NCBI RefSeq assembly: GCF_036321535.1
Contig: NC_087436.1
Coordinates: 96,784,001 to 96,848,000, forward strand
Reading direction: 5' to 3'
Source: Camelus dromedarius
Lineage: Eukaryota
Length of the DNA: 64,000 nt
Numbering within the stretch: position 1 is the first letter of the stretch; each line of letters starts with the position of its first letter. Below are positions 13,953 to 28,270 of this stretch, piece after piece. The notes beneath the pieces were generated by a model. The model worked only from the letters and a program-made list of their open reading frames with translations, had not been told where the DNA came from and did not search any database. A program made the position numbers and the translations under genes.

Positions 13953-15269
13953 ATGAATAGGCAAATACTACAATCCCTAGGAAAGGGGACCTGGGTCAGA
14001 TCACATTGCTTCAAACCACTGATTGTCTCCACATAAATTTTTCATAGAAATTAAAAAAAAAATCATGAAGATCATGAAGTAGAGACGAGATCCCAAATGT
14101 TATAGTGCAAACAGAAATACCTATCTTTATTTAAAGGAAAAATATTGTTATTTTAAAATAAAAATGTCTTTCTCTACGTATTAGTTATGATGGAGGAGAG
14201 GGTGGAGCTTATCACTTGCTAGTGTTTTGTTTTGTTTTGTTAACTCTTAAAGTCTTACTCTTTACTACCAGGTAGCAAAACCATCACCTTCTCCCTGCAC
14301 TCTGCCTTTTGAGTTACCATATGCGCCACTCACTGCCCATCACCCTCTGAATCAAAGATATTAATGCAGAGCAGGGATAACTCTCTTGAGCATGAAATGG
14401 TGTATTTCCAGTATTTGCTGCTGCATAAATGTGTAGTTTTGAAAGTTGACTTTGGAACAGACTTTACTCCAAGTTTTCCCTTTGATTAGGAATAAATGCT
14501 TCCTTTAAATTTAGCTCTTTCTATAACAACACTAGACAGAAGTATGCAGTTAGTTCTTTTTACCTTCATTCATAGCCAACCCAGAAAATAATATGTTGAA
14601 GATTCCAAATACATCTTGCCTTCCTCTCCTTCTGTCAGTAACTTTTCATCTTAATTTTGATACAGATTTTCAAAAGGAGAGTCCAGGTAAGTTTAGCTCC
14701 TTACTCATCTCCCAAAACAAATGGGAACCAAGGAGACAAAGTGGAGTTTGAAGCTGTTGGGGTCTTCTCCACCAGTACATCCCAGTAGGGGGAAGCCAGG
14801 CTACTTGTGTAGCCTGCAAGATGCAGCCACAATCTCAGACTTATTTGGGTTCTGCATTCCCATCACCATAATTTCGAAAGCCAACTGACTAGGGCTGATG
14901 TGTCAGGACCATCTCTCTTTATTTCCTGGTATTGGTAGCTAGTTAGTTCTGTCCTCCTGGTCTTATTTTTAGATGTAATTCTTAGTATGACCTGGTTGTG
15001 TGATTATTACTTTCTTTTTCTGTGATTCACATTTTTCAAACACTGTCTTCATCCTTTCCTCTTTTTCCATTAATTCTATTCCCATAAACTAAATTAAATT
15101 ATTCATACTTTCTTCAGTAATGTCTAAGTACTGGTTTCATCCCTGGAACTTTCATTTCTACCGTGTTTTGCCTTAAGTTACTATTGGCTGCTACAGGGAT
15201 TCTCCTGGAGCCTTCTTGTTCCCTTGTAGTAGTAGTAGCAATAGCAGCGACAGTAATAATAATAACAAC

Positions 15270-15500
15270 AAAAATACATATATAGCTTCTTGTGTGTTCT
15301 AAGTACTGTTCTAAGTGCTTCACATTTTTAACTCATTTAATCCTCACAACAAACTTATGATCCTTCTTTATCTGATGAGATTATTGAGGCACAGAAATTG
15401 AGTAATTGTTTGAATTCATACACCTAGTAGAAGAACCAAGTTTAAATTCAAGTTCATTGCTGTAACAACTGAGTGCTTAACCAGCAAGAATCACTGCCTG
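15270..15500 (-). mobile_element. MIR SINE
   Basis: ctgttctaagtgcttcaca...aactcatttaatcctcacaac...gatgagattattgaggcacaga. Confidence 0.85.
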
Positions 15501-15918
15501 TCTATACTAGGACCCAAAATGGGTACCTTCATTTCCACATACACTATTCAAATTTGGCACACACCCTTTATGAAGTTTATCTTCTAATTAAAAGAAATTT
15601 AATTGATTTTATGCCAAGGGCCCCTTAAAGTTATTTTAAAATAAGGAACACACACATAAACATACACACGTTGTACCATCTTGAGGATTTGAATGTATGG
15701 CATTCAGTATCTAACTAATGATATATGATAGAAAAGAAATGTCTTCTAGTTTTCTTCATCTTTTGATTTCCATCAAATAAGTTCTAGCCAAGATATTTTA
15801 TTGAGAGAAAGAGAAAGATAGAGAGGGAAAGTCTTTTAGATTTTATTGGAATATTAGCATGGGAGTTTTCCCAGGACGCATGAACTATATAAATAGCACT
15901 TCTTTAATGATTGCCAGA

Positions 15919-16268
15919 TGTTAAGGATTGAGTGTTCCCCTCAAAATTCATACATTGAAGCCTTAATCTGAAATGTAATGGTATTTGAAAGTAAGGCCTT
16001 GGGAAGTACTTAGGGTTTGATGAATTCCTGAGGACAGAGGCCCCATGATGAAATTAATGCCCTTTTAAAAAGAGGAAAAGACACAATATCACTCTCTATG
16101 CATGCACCCACCAAAGAAGGCCATGTGAGCACGTAACCAGTAAGAGGGCCCACACCCTCTATGCTGGGACCCTGATCTCAGACTTCCAGTCTCCAGAACT
16201 GTGAGAAATAAATGTTGTTTAAGCCACCCAGTCTAACGTACACTGTTATAGCAGCCCAAACTAAGACA
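15919..16268 (+). mobile_element. MLT1A-like MaLR solo LTR
   Basis: TG...CA ends. caaaattcatacattgaagcctt near the 5' end and gacttccagtctccagaactgtgagaaataaatg...tgttatagcagcccaaactaagaca at the 3' end. Confidence 0.9.
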
Positions 16269-17340
16269 TCACTTGAAGCCATTTCCCCTGACTTTCATGA
16301 GTAACTAATTATTAATGTTTAATCTGGCCCCTGAAGTTATTTTGTACATAATACCAGGATTAGAGAGCTATCCTCATTTTGATTGTTTCTGAGTGTCTTT
16401 TCAAAGCAATTTACATCATTTTGCTCTATGTATTAAGGTCCAAGTTGATTGGAAATCCTTAGCAATGGATTTGGTGTATATATAATAGTCTTTCATGTTA
16501 TGTGTCTGTAAAAGAAGATACAGGAACTGGCATTTTCCTAAATAGGGCACTGTTTCTCTATTGTTTTTTAAGTTCAATTTAAAAAGACTATTACTCTGGG
16601 TCTGAAAATAAATATGATTTTCTTCCACTAAATTTTTCAGTATTTTATGCATTAAACATATCTTGTTTTTCTTTAGAATCCAAGCATTTCTCCACAATGT
16701 TTTTAGCACTGATGAGTCCTTACTTCTAAACTCATCCAGGTTGTAGTAGGAGGAGATTGCAGGTAGGTGGAGAGCTGTGTCTTCATCCCGCACTAATCAG
16801 CAAGTTTTATTCTTATGAGACTCAGTCAGTGTAGCTAAGAGATGAGGAGGGATCACCTTGTCCCCATCCCCACAAACCTCTGTGCATTGTAAATTGAATA
16901 ACTTCACTGCACATATCCTTTAGGTATGAATTTGTCTGATATTTGTTTTTCAGGTTTAGATTTAAATCTAAACTATGATAATGAAAGAAAGACCATCAGA
17001 AGATGAGCTTATTATTCTGATTTTGACCCTTCTTTCCTGTCTCACTGAAATAATGATCTAGATATTTAATTGGAACCCTGACTGACTAGGGAAGAAGAAG
17101 AGATTGGGAAGTCTCTTTTCTCATTTTTAATTCAATAAATATTTTTACCTGAAGTTTCCAGAGTGAAGTGCTAGATACTATGTTTATTTCTAACAGGAAA
17201 ACTCAAAACAGATGCTTCCACCAAGACTTATTTAAGCAAATAGTAAATTAAAGGAGGTAGCTTAAGATGGCACTAGGGATCAGAATGATATAGCAAATTT
17301 AGCAGTAGGTTTCAGACACCAAGGGTAAAAATTCTCAGAC

Positions 17341-17362
17341 AAAAAAAAAAAAAAAAAAAAAA
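17341..17362 (+). repeat. Poly(A)22 tract
   Basis: 22 consecutive A residues. Confidence 0.95.
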
Positions 17363-17399
17363 CCAAACAAATCCCCATGAGTCTCTTGGTGAATTGCCA

Positions 17400-17815
17400 A
17401 AGGTAGGCAAGGCAGTTGGCTGGATGTCTAAACCAAACCTTTGTGTTTCCTCTTCCATTGTATAAAATTGTCACTGGGAGGTGACTTTCCAGGCAGGGAC
17501 AGTATATTCTGGTCACACTTCCATCCAAGTATGACCAAGTTCTAATCAATTGAAGGTGAGAAGTGACATAGCGTCACTTTAAGACCAAAATGTTTAAGAA
17601 GTGAGAAGGCTTTCTCCACTTTATTTTTCTTCTGGCAGCTGCAGGCAGAAGACTCCATGGCTAGTAGAGGAGCCACAAGATAGGAGGAGTCTGGGCCTTT
17701 GATTTTCCATGTGGAGTGTTATATATGGGGAAGAAATAAAACCCCATCTTTAAAACACTGAAATTTGGGGAGGGGGTGTTATTTGTTATAGCCACCAGAG
17801 CTCTACTAATTAATA
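17400..17815 (+). mobile_element. Old MLT1 (MLT1I/J-like) MaLR LTR
   Basis: atgaccaagttctaatcaat, gagccacaagataggaggagtctggg, agaaataaaac...aacactgaaatttgggg...ttatttgttatagc. Confidence 0.7.
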
Positions 17816-19829
17816 CCCTTTGAGTTAGTAGTACTGTCAGGACAACTTAGACCCTAGCATTCCATGTTTGCTACCATGTGTTATGAAAGAAAGCATCTCT
17901 CCATTTCTTTTTACTGCCTACACTCTTCTATGCTTCTTCATAAGAGTAGGAAATATTAATATGATTGATTAAGTGGCAAGATAAATTTTAAACTCAGTTT
18001 TATAAGTGCAGGGAATTATTGTGCTAAAATCTTCTGTGCCTGTATCTCCCTTCTTTTTCTTATCCTTTCTTCAACATACTGGAATTTAAACTGAACTAGA
18101 GCCAAGGCCTCTTTCGTGCCTGATCACACTCTGTTTCAGACTAAGCTTCGTTGCTTTATGTTTCTACACTATGTGACTGATAAGAGAATGTTAAGATTCT
18201 GTGATTTAACTCTTGGCATAGGACTCCAAATTGAATTGAGATTTCAGATCAAGCTTTACCAGAGTTCTTCTACGGAAAATATTATAGGAGTCTCAGCTAA
18301 TGATAAGGGAGGGGTGGATTTGCTTCTCACTCTTTATGTATATTAGATATATTGTTCCCCTGGGAATTTCATGATCTGGAGAGGAGTAGGCAACACAAAG
18401 ATTCAATTAAACTCCGCCTTAGTCTCTAAATATGAGTGACAAATGATAAAAAAGAACTAGACAACTACCTTTATTTTAATCCCTTGTATAAAGCTTCTTG
18501 CATTAGCATCTTTATTGCCTCTTTTTCTCTATTCAAAACATTGAGTGCTATACAAATAAAATTTTAGTAGTCCATTGCACAAACCTAGATCTAGTATAGA
18601 AACCTGGGTTTCCCAAAGTTCTGTTATAACTCAAATCTCTGGTTTTACCATTTCTCATAGTTATGCCCATGATTGGTGTGGACATATTCATGACAATATT
18701 ATATGTAATGTCATTCTATATTCTTTTCCTCCAGATACCTCTTTGTGTGTGTCTGTGTAAGAGAGAGAGAGAAAATGATATCTGTTTTTCTTTGGATGTG
18801 AAAGCACCCAGATATCCAACTTTAGACATTTCTTTGTATCCTAATTTTATATGGTTTTAATCTACATCTTTCATATGCATGCCCACCTCTCTCCAGGACC
18901 ATTTCTGCATGTCCCCCTGACCATAGCCTAATGAAATTACATTATTTTCATGCTAGCAGAGTACTTCTACTATTACACCTCTTACTGCAGCATACCTGAT
19001 CCACTGTTCTCTTCATAGCAGGACTTGCCTATAATAATGCATGATGTTTTTCCAAATAAAATATGTTCTTCAACTTTAGTTTCCATCTCCATTTTACAAC
19101 CAATGGCCTGTATCTGGAAGAGCCACAGTGTACCTGGAAGACCTTCCAGAAACAAGGAAACTTAGGGGAGAAATTCTGAGTGAGATGTGTAGTCTGGCTT
19201 TGGCCCAGCACACAGAAAGAATTTGTCCAGGCCTGAAGACAGGGAACCCTACGTAGAGATATTTGATTTTATGGAGTTTGTCAGTAATGCAGCCTACTGA
19301 CTCTGACTTCCACTTATCTTGCAAAACTATTTCATGGTTCACAATTTCAGGCTATATTTAACTCATTGAAACCCTCATTTTCCATCTTGTACCATAGCAA
19401 CCCGCCACCATTTTTAGGACAAGAATATCAGGAGCTCCCCCAGCCAGTGGCAGTGTCTGGTGTGTAGAAAGGGGGGAACTGGATGGTGTGAGTCATGAGA
19501 AGTGTCTTTTGATCTCAGATACTCATGCAGTATTTTAGGCCTTTTCTGTAGATGCCTTAGGGAAATACTGGGGAGAGAACTGTGAAGAGGGGGTGGTACT
19601 GATTCTAAAAAAAATCTGTATGTCAAGGAGAACTCTTGTCCCATATTTTTGTGTTGGCCTAAACCACATCATATATTGGATCCCTCATGGTCTATAAACT
19701 ACTGGACCTTGTAGTATTGTTCCATTTTTCCCACCTACTCTATGCATATATTTTATGTTTATTTTAATCCTGAGGATTCCCTTAGGCCCCAAGCCCTGTA
19801 ACAGTGAAGAAAAGACAAACATGCTAATT

Positions 19830-20332
19830 TTATTATTTCCCTATCATGGCTGTAACCAACTACCACAAATTTTGTGACTTGAAACAACATGAATTTGTTA
19901 CTGTACATTGCTGGATGTCAGAAACCCAAATTGGGCCCCAGTGGACTAAAATTAAGGCACTGGCAAGGCTGCATGTCTTTCTGGAGATTCCAGGGGAGAA
20001 TTCATTTCCTTACTTCTTTTTAAGAGGCCGCCAGCCTGCCTTAACACTTGGATCCTGTCCCCCATCTTCAAAGCCAACAGTGTTGCTTTTCTCTCTGTCT
20101 GGTTGTAGTCACAGCTCTCTCTGACTCTTCTGCCTCCTTTTCCTACTTTTTGTTTTAAGGACATGTGATTACATTGGGCCCACCTAGATAATACAGGATA
20201 ACCTTCTTATTATAAAGTCAACTGATTAGCAACCTTAATTCCTCTTTCTCATGTCACCTAACCTATTCTTAGATTCTGGGAATTAGGATGTGGCCATATT
20301 TGGGGAGTTGCAGAAATTATCCTGCCTTCCAT
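19830..20332 (-). mobile_element. MLT1D-like MaLR solo LTR
   Basis: gctgtaaccaactaccacaaat...ttgaaacaaca, ccatcttcaaagccaaca, gattacattgggcccacctagataat, aattaggatgtggccatatttgggg. Confidence 0.9.
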
Positions 20333-21379
20333 ATTGGTCAAGACAGCCTACCTCCAGCTCTGTCTATTATAGGCTGGTATATCAGCAGTCAATTTTCACT
20401 ACTTGCTCCTTGCAGTATCATTAGGTTATAAACATCTAGATAAGGTCTGTCATTTTTCTAGTTTCCACTGTTCACTTGATCAACATCTCAATTTCCATCT
20501 GTTTTTCATATACTATGTTTAGTCCCCCTAAAATTCTGTTGCCTGGGAGACACCCACAGGATTGGAAACATGACAACAAACCTTGAGAGATGTTGTACTT
20601 TACTTGGAAATGTGAAGCCTATGTTTGGTGTCAGATAAAATAGTTTGGAGAGAACAACACAAGTACCTAAGGAGGCTGCCCTTCAGAGAAGTAGTTAAGG
20701 GAAGTAAGATTTTTTTTTTTTGTATGTGATAGTTAAATGATTTATCCCAGTACAACCCAAAACACATACTGTGGAAACTATCTTTTTAACTAAGCAGAAT
20801 TATGATGATTTTAAAGAAGGTATAGAATTATAAATTGCACAAGTTAATTATTACATTTAGAAGCAGGTGTATGGTACAAATAAAACTATAGACTATCAAG
20901 AAATCACTGGTTGTTGCTCCTATGAAAACACAAAGGGAGAGCACTAAGCAATTACAGTTTGGTGCCGCCTATCCAAGCAAAACGATTCTCCTGGACTCTC
21001 TCTAGCAATTAGCATTTTCCATTTCACAAAGCAATTATTTATATTCTTTCTTTCCTAATGGATTTTATTAATGACATCCATCAACCATACAAACATATTA
21101 ACTCTGGAAATAAAACATTGAAAAGATTGCACTTATTTCTCAATCAGAAAGGACAATACTAATTGAAGAAATCTCTAAAAACCAGGTTTTAACATGTGGA
21201 TCAGGTGTTATTGGCAGCCCAGCAAGGGAGTAATGAAATAATCTATGCAGAAAACAGTCAGGTTCTTTGCTGAACTTCCCATTTTGGATATCTCTGTTAA
21301 GTGCCCCAACATCCTTCAAATCATGCATTGAGAATCTTCATGTTATAGATAGTTAAAATTTTTTTAAATTACCATCTGT

Positions 21380-21780
21380 TGTTTGTAAGCACTATCCTAG
21401 ATGCTAGAAGGATACAGAGCGATAAGATATATGTCCTCAAAAAAATGAGGACTAGAAAAATCCTTGCAGCCAATACAGAATAAAGATAAACTGTCTGAAG
21501 TATGACAAAGTGGTACAAAAATGTTCTAAGTATAAATGGATCAACTGAAAGTAAGAGGAATTAATTCCTAGAGAATAAGATGATCTTTCAGAACCATACT
21601 GATTGACAGTTAGACTTATGAAGGAGCAGAATTTTGGTAGCGCAATGAAGGACATACGGAATTTTGATATGTTGAGATAGGGAAAGGGGTTGACAGAGGC
21701 AACATATTTCAAAAGGAAAAACGAGTCAGCAGTGATGCAGGGGTGAGAAGTCTTAAGGCACATTTAGGGAATTGTGAGTG
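21380..21780 (-). mobile_element. L2 fragment
   Basis: gcactatcctagatgctagaaggatacagag and downstream degenerate antisense L2 3' motifs. Confidence 0.55.
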
Positions 21781-21789
21781 AGAGCATCG

Positions 21790-22915
21790 GTCTCCACCTG
21801 CTTTCTTTGTCCCTACAGATCTCTGACCACCATTCTTCAGTTTGTAGCCATGCTGACCTTTTTAAAAATGCAAGTATTCCAGAGGAGAGGGAGATGGGGG
21901 TGGTGGTGGACAGAATAAGTGAAGGGGATTAAGAGGTCCAAACTTCCTGTTATAAAGTGGTTGGGGGATGTAATGTACAGCATAGGGAATATAGTCAATA
22001 AGAGTGTAATAGCTTGGTAGGTGACAGATGGTAATGGCTCATAGTAGTGATCATTTTGTAATGTATAAAAATATCAAATCACCATGTTGCACACCTGAAA
22101 CTAATATATTTCAACTATACTTCAATAAAAATAAAATAAGATAAATTAAAATACAAGTGTGACCCTGTCTTTCCTCACCTTTGAAAACTTCAGTGGTGTC
22201 CATTTGTTCTCGGTGAAGACAAGCCTTATAATGCCCCCACACCTTCGTGCAAACTTCCAACCTCATCTCTTATTTCCACTTACATTAGGAGCCCTAGTAA
22301 CCTGCTTTCAACCACTTCGTGTATTGACTTCCTCTGGTACAGCACCCTTGTAGTCTCATAACTAATTTCTTCTTTTCACCTGGGTCAACGCAGCTGTAAT
22401 GACCCAGCTACTTCTTGGTCACGTTAGTCCTCACTTGCTAATCTTGAGAATTCTGAGCTCTAACTGTACAACATTAAGCACATTTTATGTCCTCAAGTGG
22501 ACTACATCTGCTTCTGACTACCTTAGGACCTTCTCATGTGCTTTTCCCTTCTGCTTGGAATGAGCTCTCTCTCTCTACCTCCAAAGCTTCTATCTCTCTA
22601 TCTTCCAGCTAATACCCACTCAAAATTAGAGCTAAGGCTAACCCCCATTTCCTCAGGGCACACTTATCTGACAGGGAAGACTTGGTTAAGTCCCTTTATT
22701 ATATGACCTTGGATCAGTTGTTTGTCTTCTTTACTCTTAATAAAATTCCAACTGAAAACTGACTTTGGAAATTGTCTACAATATTTTTCTTTCCATCAAG
22801 ATAGTAAATCTATGTTGCAGGAGACTGCGAATGTCTTTTTAGCACTGTCTTCCATGTACTAGCAAAGTACCTGGCAACTGGTAAATTCCAAGTAAATGCC
22901 ATTGAATAAATGAAT
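21790..22915 (+). mobile_element. Degenerate L2 fragment interrupted by an L1 3' end
   Basis: L2-like motifs on both sides of the 21876-22147 insert (ccttaggaccttctcatgtgct, aagtacctggca...ttgaataaatgaatg tail). Confidence 0.55.
21876..22147 (+). mobile_element. Short 5'-truncated L1 3' end with A-rich tail
   Basis: gaaggggattaagaggtccaaacttcc...gtaatgtacagcatagggaatatagtcaataa...acacctgaaactaat...caactatacttcaataaaa. Putative TSD aaaatgcaagt (21865-21875) / aaaatacaagt (22148-22158). Confidence 0.85.
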
Positions 22916-25900
22916 GTACAAACAAATGAGGACCTGTGATTAGGAGGACAGGCTAGATCCAGACTGAAGAGGCTTTGAATTTGATGCTCAGGATTTTGTG
23001 TTGGAAATAAGAGGGTGTCTACATTTGTAAAAATAACTTGTAGGCTAGAACAAATGTTTAGATGTGAGAGGACAGGGCTATGCAATAAATTACAATACTC
23101 TTTTCATCCAGGCAGACCTAAGTCAATTCAAAATAGATAAATCTGCCACAACTTATTTTTTGTTTTCTGTGTATATAGATGTTCAAGTTCTCATTTTCCA
23201 CTTCACCTTACTCTTGTCTATTGTCTATAGTCAACATTTTTCCTAAAGAAATCTCTCCTCTTCCAGCTTAATCAGCCTATCTTCATTGTACTCGCGTTCT
23301 TCTGTTGCTCCTGGCTTAATGGTAGTTATGAAACATGTTTTCCCAAACACTCCAGCTCCTTCTCTATTCTCTGTGCAGATCTGATTCCTAGAGACAACAG
23401 ACCTTTTAAATTGTCATCTTAACTTTTGCATTTGCAACATTTTAATTTTTATTTGGCTTTTTAAAAAGAATATATTGTGGTTAAGAACACTCAACATGAG
23501 ATCTATACCCACTTAACAGATTTTTCAATTATATAATACAGCATTGTTATCTTTAGGCACAATGTTATACATCAGCTCTCTAGAAATTATTCAACTTGCA
23601 TAACTGAAATTTTATACTTGGTGATTAGCAAACTCCTATTTTTCTCCTAGCAAACACAGTCCTATTATTTCTTTTATGAATTTGACTATTTACATAACTC
23701 ATAAATGGAAACAAGCAATATTTGTCCTTTGTGACTGGCTTATTTCACTTGACATTATGATCTCCAGGTTTATACAGGCTGTTGTGTATTGCTGGATTTG
23801 CCATTTTTAAAGCTGAATAATACTCCATTTTATGTACATATCACATTTAAAAAAATCTATTCTCCTTCAAGGGATATTTAGGTTATTTCAACATTTTGGC
23901 TATTGTGAGCACTGCTGCAGTGAACATAGGGGTGCTAATATATCTTCAAAATTCTGATTTCATTTTTTTAGATAAATAACCTGAAGTTGGATTGCTCATA
24001 TGGTAGTTCTCTTTTTAATTTCTTGAGGAAATTTCTTGCTATTTTCAATAGCAGCTGCACAATTTTGCATTCTCACCAACAGTGTACAAGGGTTCCAATT
24101 TTTCCACGTCCTCATCAATGTTTGTTGTCCTTTGTTTTTATTGATAAAAGCCATGCTAAAAATTATGAGGTGATAACTCATTGTGATCTTGATTTCCATT
24201 TCTCTGGTGAATAGTGACTTTGAACATCTTTTTATGTATATCTTCTTTGGAGAAATGTCTATTTGAGTTCTTGGCCCATTTTTCAATTGGATTATTTGGG
24301 GTTTTTTTCATACTTTTGAGTGGTAGGAGTTCTTTATATATTATGAATATTAACCTAATTATATATATGTTTGGTTTTTATTTCCATTCCATAGGTTGCC
24401 TTTTCACTTTATTGATTATATCCTTTGCTGTGTAGAAGCATCTTAGTTTAATGTAATCCAGCTTATGTATTTTTGCTTCCATTGCCTGTGGTTTTGGTGC
24501 CATAAGCATGAAATCATGGCCAAGACCAATGTCATGAAAAATGTTTGCCTTTAATCCATTTTGAATTGATTTTTGTGTATGACATCCAAATTCATTCCTT
24601 TGCATGTGGATATCCAATTTTTCCATTGTTGAAAGACTGTCCTTTCCCTACTGTTTATTCATGGCACCCTTGTCAAAGATCAGTTGACCATATATGTATG
24701 CATGGATTTATTTTAGAGCTCTCTATTTTGTTTGAATAGTCTAGATGTCTGTCTTTGTACAAGTACAATGCTATTTTAATTATGGTAACTTTGTAAATAT
24801 ATTGAAATCAGGAAGGGTGATAAGCCAGCTTTGTTCTTTTTCAAGACTATTCTGGATATTTGGAATCTTTTGTGGTTTTTTTTTTAATTTGAGGATTTTT
24901 TTCTATTTCTATAAAAAACACGTTTTGAATTTTTGTAGTGATGGCATGGAATCTGTAGATTGGTTTGGATGGTATGGATATTTTAACAATATTAAGTCTT
25001 CTAATCCATAAACTCAGGTTATCTATTCATTTATTTGTATTCTTTACTTCCTTTTATAAATGTTTTGCAGTTTTCAGTCCTGAACTGAAATCGAAGTCCT
25101 TCACTTCCTTAGTTAAGTTTATTTTAGGTATTTTATTCTTTTAGATACTATTATAAGAGGGATTGTTTCCCTATTTTCTTTTTCAGACAGTTCATAATTA
25201 GCATATAGAAATACAATGAAGTTTTTTTATGTTGACTTTGTATCCTGTACCTTTACTGAATTCATCAATTCTAACTTTTTTTTGGTTGGAATAGAGTTTT
25301 TTATATTTAATATCATGTCATCTGCAAACAGGAACGGTTATATTTCTTTCTTTCTGATTTGGATGCTTTTCATTTATTTCTCTTGCCAAATTGCCCTGAC
25401 TAGTTAATATGCTGAATAGAAGTGGTGAGAGTGAGCATTCTTGTCTTGTTCCTGATCTTCATGGAAAAGATTTCAGTTTTTTTCCTCTTGAGTTTGATGT
25501 TGGTTGTGCACTTTTTGTATGTGGCTTTTATTATTTTAAGTTAATTTTCTTCTATTCCTAGTTTGTTGAGAGATTTTTTAATCATAAAAGAATATGTATT
25601 TTAATAAATGCTTTTTCTGCATCCATTGAGATGATCATGTGATTCTTAGTCTTCATTCTGTTAATATGGTGTATCACACTAATTGACTTTCATATGTTAA
25701 ATCATCCTTGTATCCCAATTTGTTGGTATTTTGTTGAGAATTTTTGCATCTATATTTTTCATGGAAGTTGGCCTGTAGTTTTCTTTTCTTGTCGTGTCTT
25801 GTCTGGCTTTGGTATCAAGGTAATGCTGGCCTCATAAGAAGAGACTGAAATTTTTTAAGAGTTTGAGAAGGATTGGCACTCCTCTGTAAATGTTTGGTAG

Positions 25901-28106
25901 AATTTACCAATGAAGTCATCTGGTTCTGGACTTTTCTTTGTTGGGAGGTTTTTGATTACTAACTCAATCTCCCTGTTAGTTATAGGGCTTTTCAGAATTT
26001 CTGTTTCTTTATAATTCAGTCTTGGTAGGCTGAACATTTCTAGGAATTCATTTACTTTTTCTAAGTTACCCAATTTTTTGACATGCAATTATTCATAGTA
26101 ATTTCTTATGAATCTTTTTATTTCTGTGGCATTAGTTATAACATCTTTCATTTTTGTTTTTATTACTTTGAATCTTCTCTCTTTTCTTAATTTTTCTAGC
26201 TAAATATATTAATTTTGTTTATCTTTTCAAAAAATAACTCAGTTTCATTGACTTTTTTCTGTTCTTTTTTTTTTTCATTTATTTTTGCTCTGTTCTTTAT
26301 TACTTCCTTCTGGCTAACTTTTAAATTTGATTTAACTTGTTTTTTCTAGTTCTTTGAAACATAAAGTTAAGCTGTTTATTTGAGATCTTTCTTGTTTTTC
26401 AATGTAAACATTTATCATGATTAACTTCCCTCTTTATACTGCTTTTCCTGAAATTCATACATTTTGGTATGTTGTATTTTCTATTGTCCCTAGATATTTT
26501 TAAATTTCTCATTTTATTTCTTTCTTTGATCCACTGGTTGTTCAAAGTGTGTTGCTTAATTTCCATGTATTGGTGAATTTTTCAGTTTTCCCTCTGCTGT
26601 TGTTTTCTACTTTCAGTCCATTGTGATTTGAGTAGACCCTTGGTATGATTTCAATCTTAAAATTGTTAAAACTTGTTTTATGAACCAACATGTGATTTAT
26701 CTTGGAGAATTTTTTGTGTGCTTGAGAAGAGTACATTTTTTACTGCTGTTTGTTTGAATATTCTATATATGTCTGTTAGATTCATCTATAATATTGTCCA
26801 AGTCCACTGTTTGTTGATTTTCTGTCTAGTTGTTCTATTCATTGTTGAGATTGGGATATTAAAGTCTCTCATTATTATTGTATTATTATTTCTCCCTTCA
26901 ATACTGTTAATACTTTACATATTTAGGAGCACTGATGGTGGGTATATCTATATTAAGAATTAATATATCTTCTTGGTGAATTGACCCTTTTATCATTATT
27001 TAATGTTCTTCTTTGTGTTTTGTGACAGTTTTTGACTTAAAGTCTATTTTGTCTGCTATAGATATAACCACCTCTGCTTTTTTTTTGGTTACCATTTGCA
27101 TGGAATATCTTTTCCTATCCTTTTTTCTTTCAGCCCATGTGTGTCCTTAAATCTGAAGTGAGCCTTTTATATACAGCATATAGTTGGAATTTGTTTTTTA
27201 TCTATTCAGCTATTCTGTCTTTTAATTAGGAATTAATTTAATTTATTTAATTCATTTTTTATTTTATGTAATTATTGATAGAAAAGGATTTACTATAGAC
27301 ATTTTGTTAATTCCTTTTCCTTCTTTTGCTGTCTTCCTTTTTGTTTTGTTTGGGTTTTTTGTTTATTTGTTTGTGCTGATATGCTATGATTCCTTTTAAT
27401 TTTTCTTTTGCATAACAGCTATAGTATTTTCTTTGCAGTTACCATGGGGTGTATATAAAATACCATAATTATAACAGTCTGTTTTAAGCTGATAGCAACT
27501 TAACTTCTATTGCATAAGAAACTCTACACTTTTACTCCTTTCCAACACTTTGTTATTGATATCACAGTTTATACCTATACATATTATGTATACTTTAATG
27601 TATTTTAGTTATAGTTATTTTAATACCTTTAAAAACTTTTATACTAGTATTTAAAGTGATTTGCCCACCATTATTACACTGATACATTGTTCTGTATTTG
27701 TCAATATATTTACTTTTACCAAAGAATTCTATACTGTATATGTTATTGTGTTGCTGTTTAGTGTCTTTCATTTCAAGTTGAAAAACTCCCTTAATCATTT
27801 CTCATAAAGCAAGTCTGGTGCAGGTCCTTCAGCTTTTGTTTGTCTGAGACAGTCTTATTTGTCCTTAATTTTTGAAGGTCAGTTTTACAAGGTATAGTAT
27901 TCTTTGTTGGCAGGTTTTTTTTTCCCTTCAGAGTATCATATATATCATTCCACTCCCTTCTGCCCTGGAAAATTTCTGCAGAAAATTTTGCTGACGGTCT
28001 TATACAGTTCCTATGTATGCAACAAGTCACTTTTTTCTTGCTACTTTCCAAAATTCTCTGAATTTTGACAATTTAATTATAAAGTAAGTTGGTGTAAATT
28101 TCTTTG

Positions 28107-28270
28107 TTTTTTTTTTAAATTATTTTTTAATGTATTATTTAATTATTTTATTTTGGTAGGGAGGAGAGGTAATTAGGCTTATTTATTTTTAGAGGGGGTG
28201 CTAAGAATTGAACCCAGGACCTCGTGCATGCTAAGCATGTGCTCTACCACTTAGGCTGTACCCTCCCCAC
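28107..28270 (-). mobile_element. Camelid Vic-1-type tRNA-derived SINE inserted in L1 ORF1
   Basis: Reverse complement gtggggagggtacagcctaagtggtagagcacatgcttagcatgcacgaggtcctgggttcaattc...cctaattacctc...A-rich tail, with A- and B-box-like motifs. Perfect 17-bp TSD tggtgtaaatttctttg (28090-28106 and 28271-28287). Confidence 0.92.

Noticed and set aside
16416..16793. Longest ORF in the window (125 aa)
   Set aside because: Non-ATG start, composition typical of AT-rich non-coding DNA, and no recognisable domain.
28190..28270. tRNA-like sequence on the minus strand
   Set aside because: It is the head of the SINE, followed by a SINE body and A-tail and flanked by a TSD. It is not a tRNA gene.
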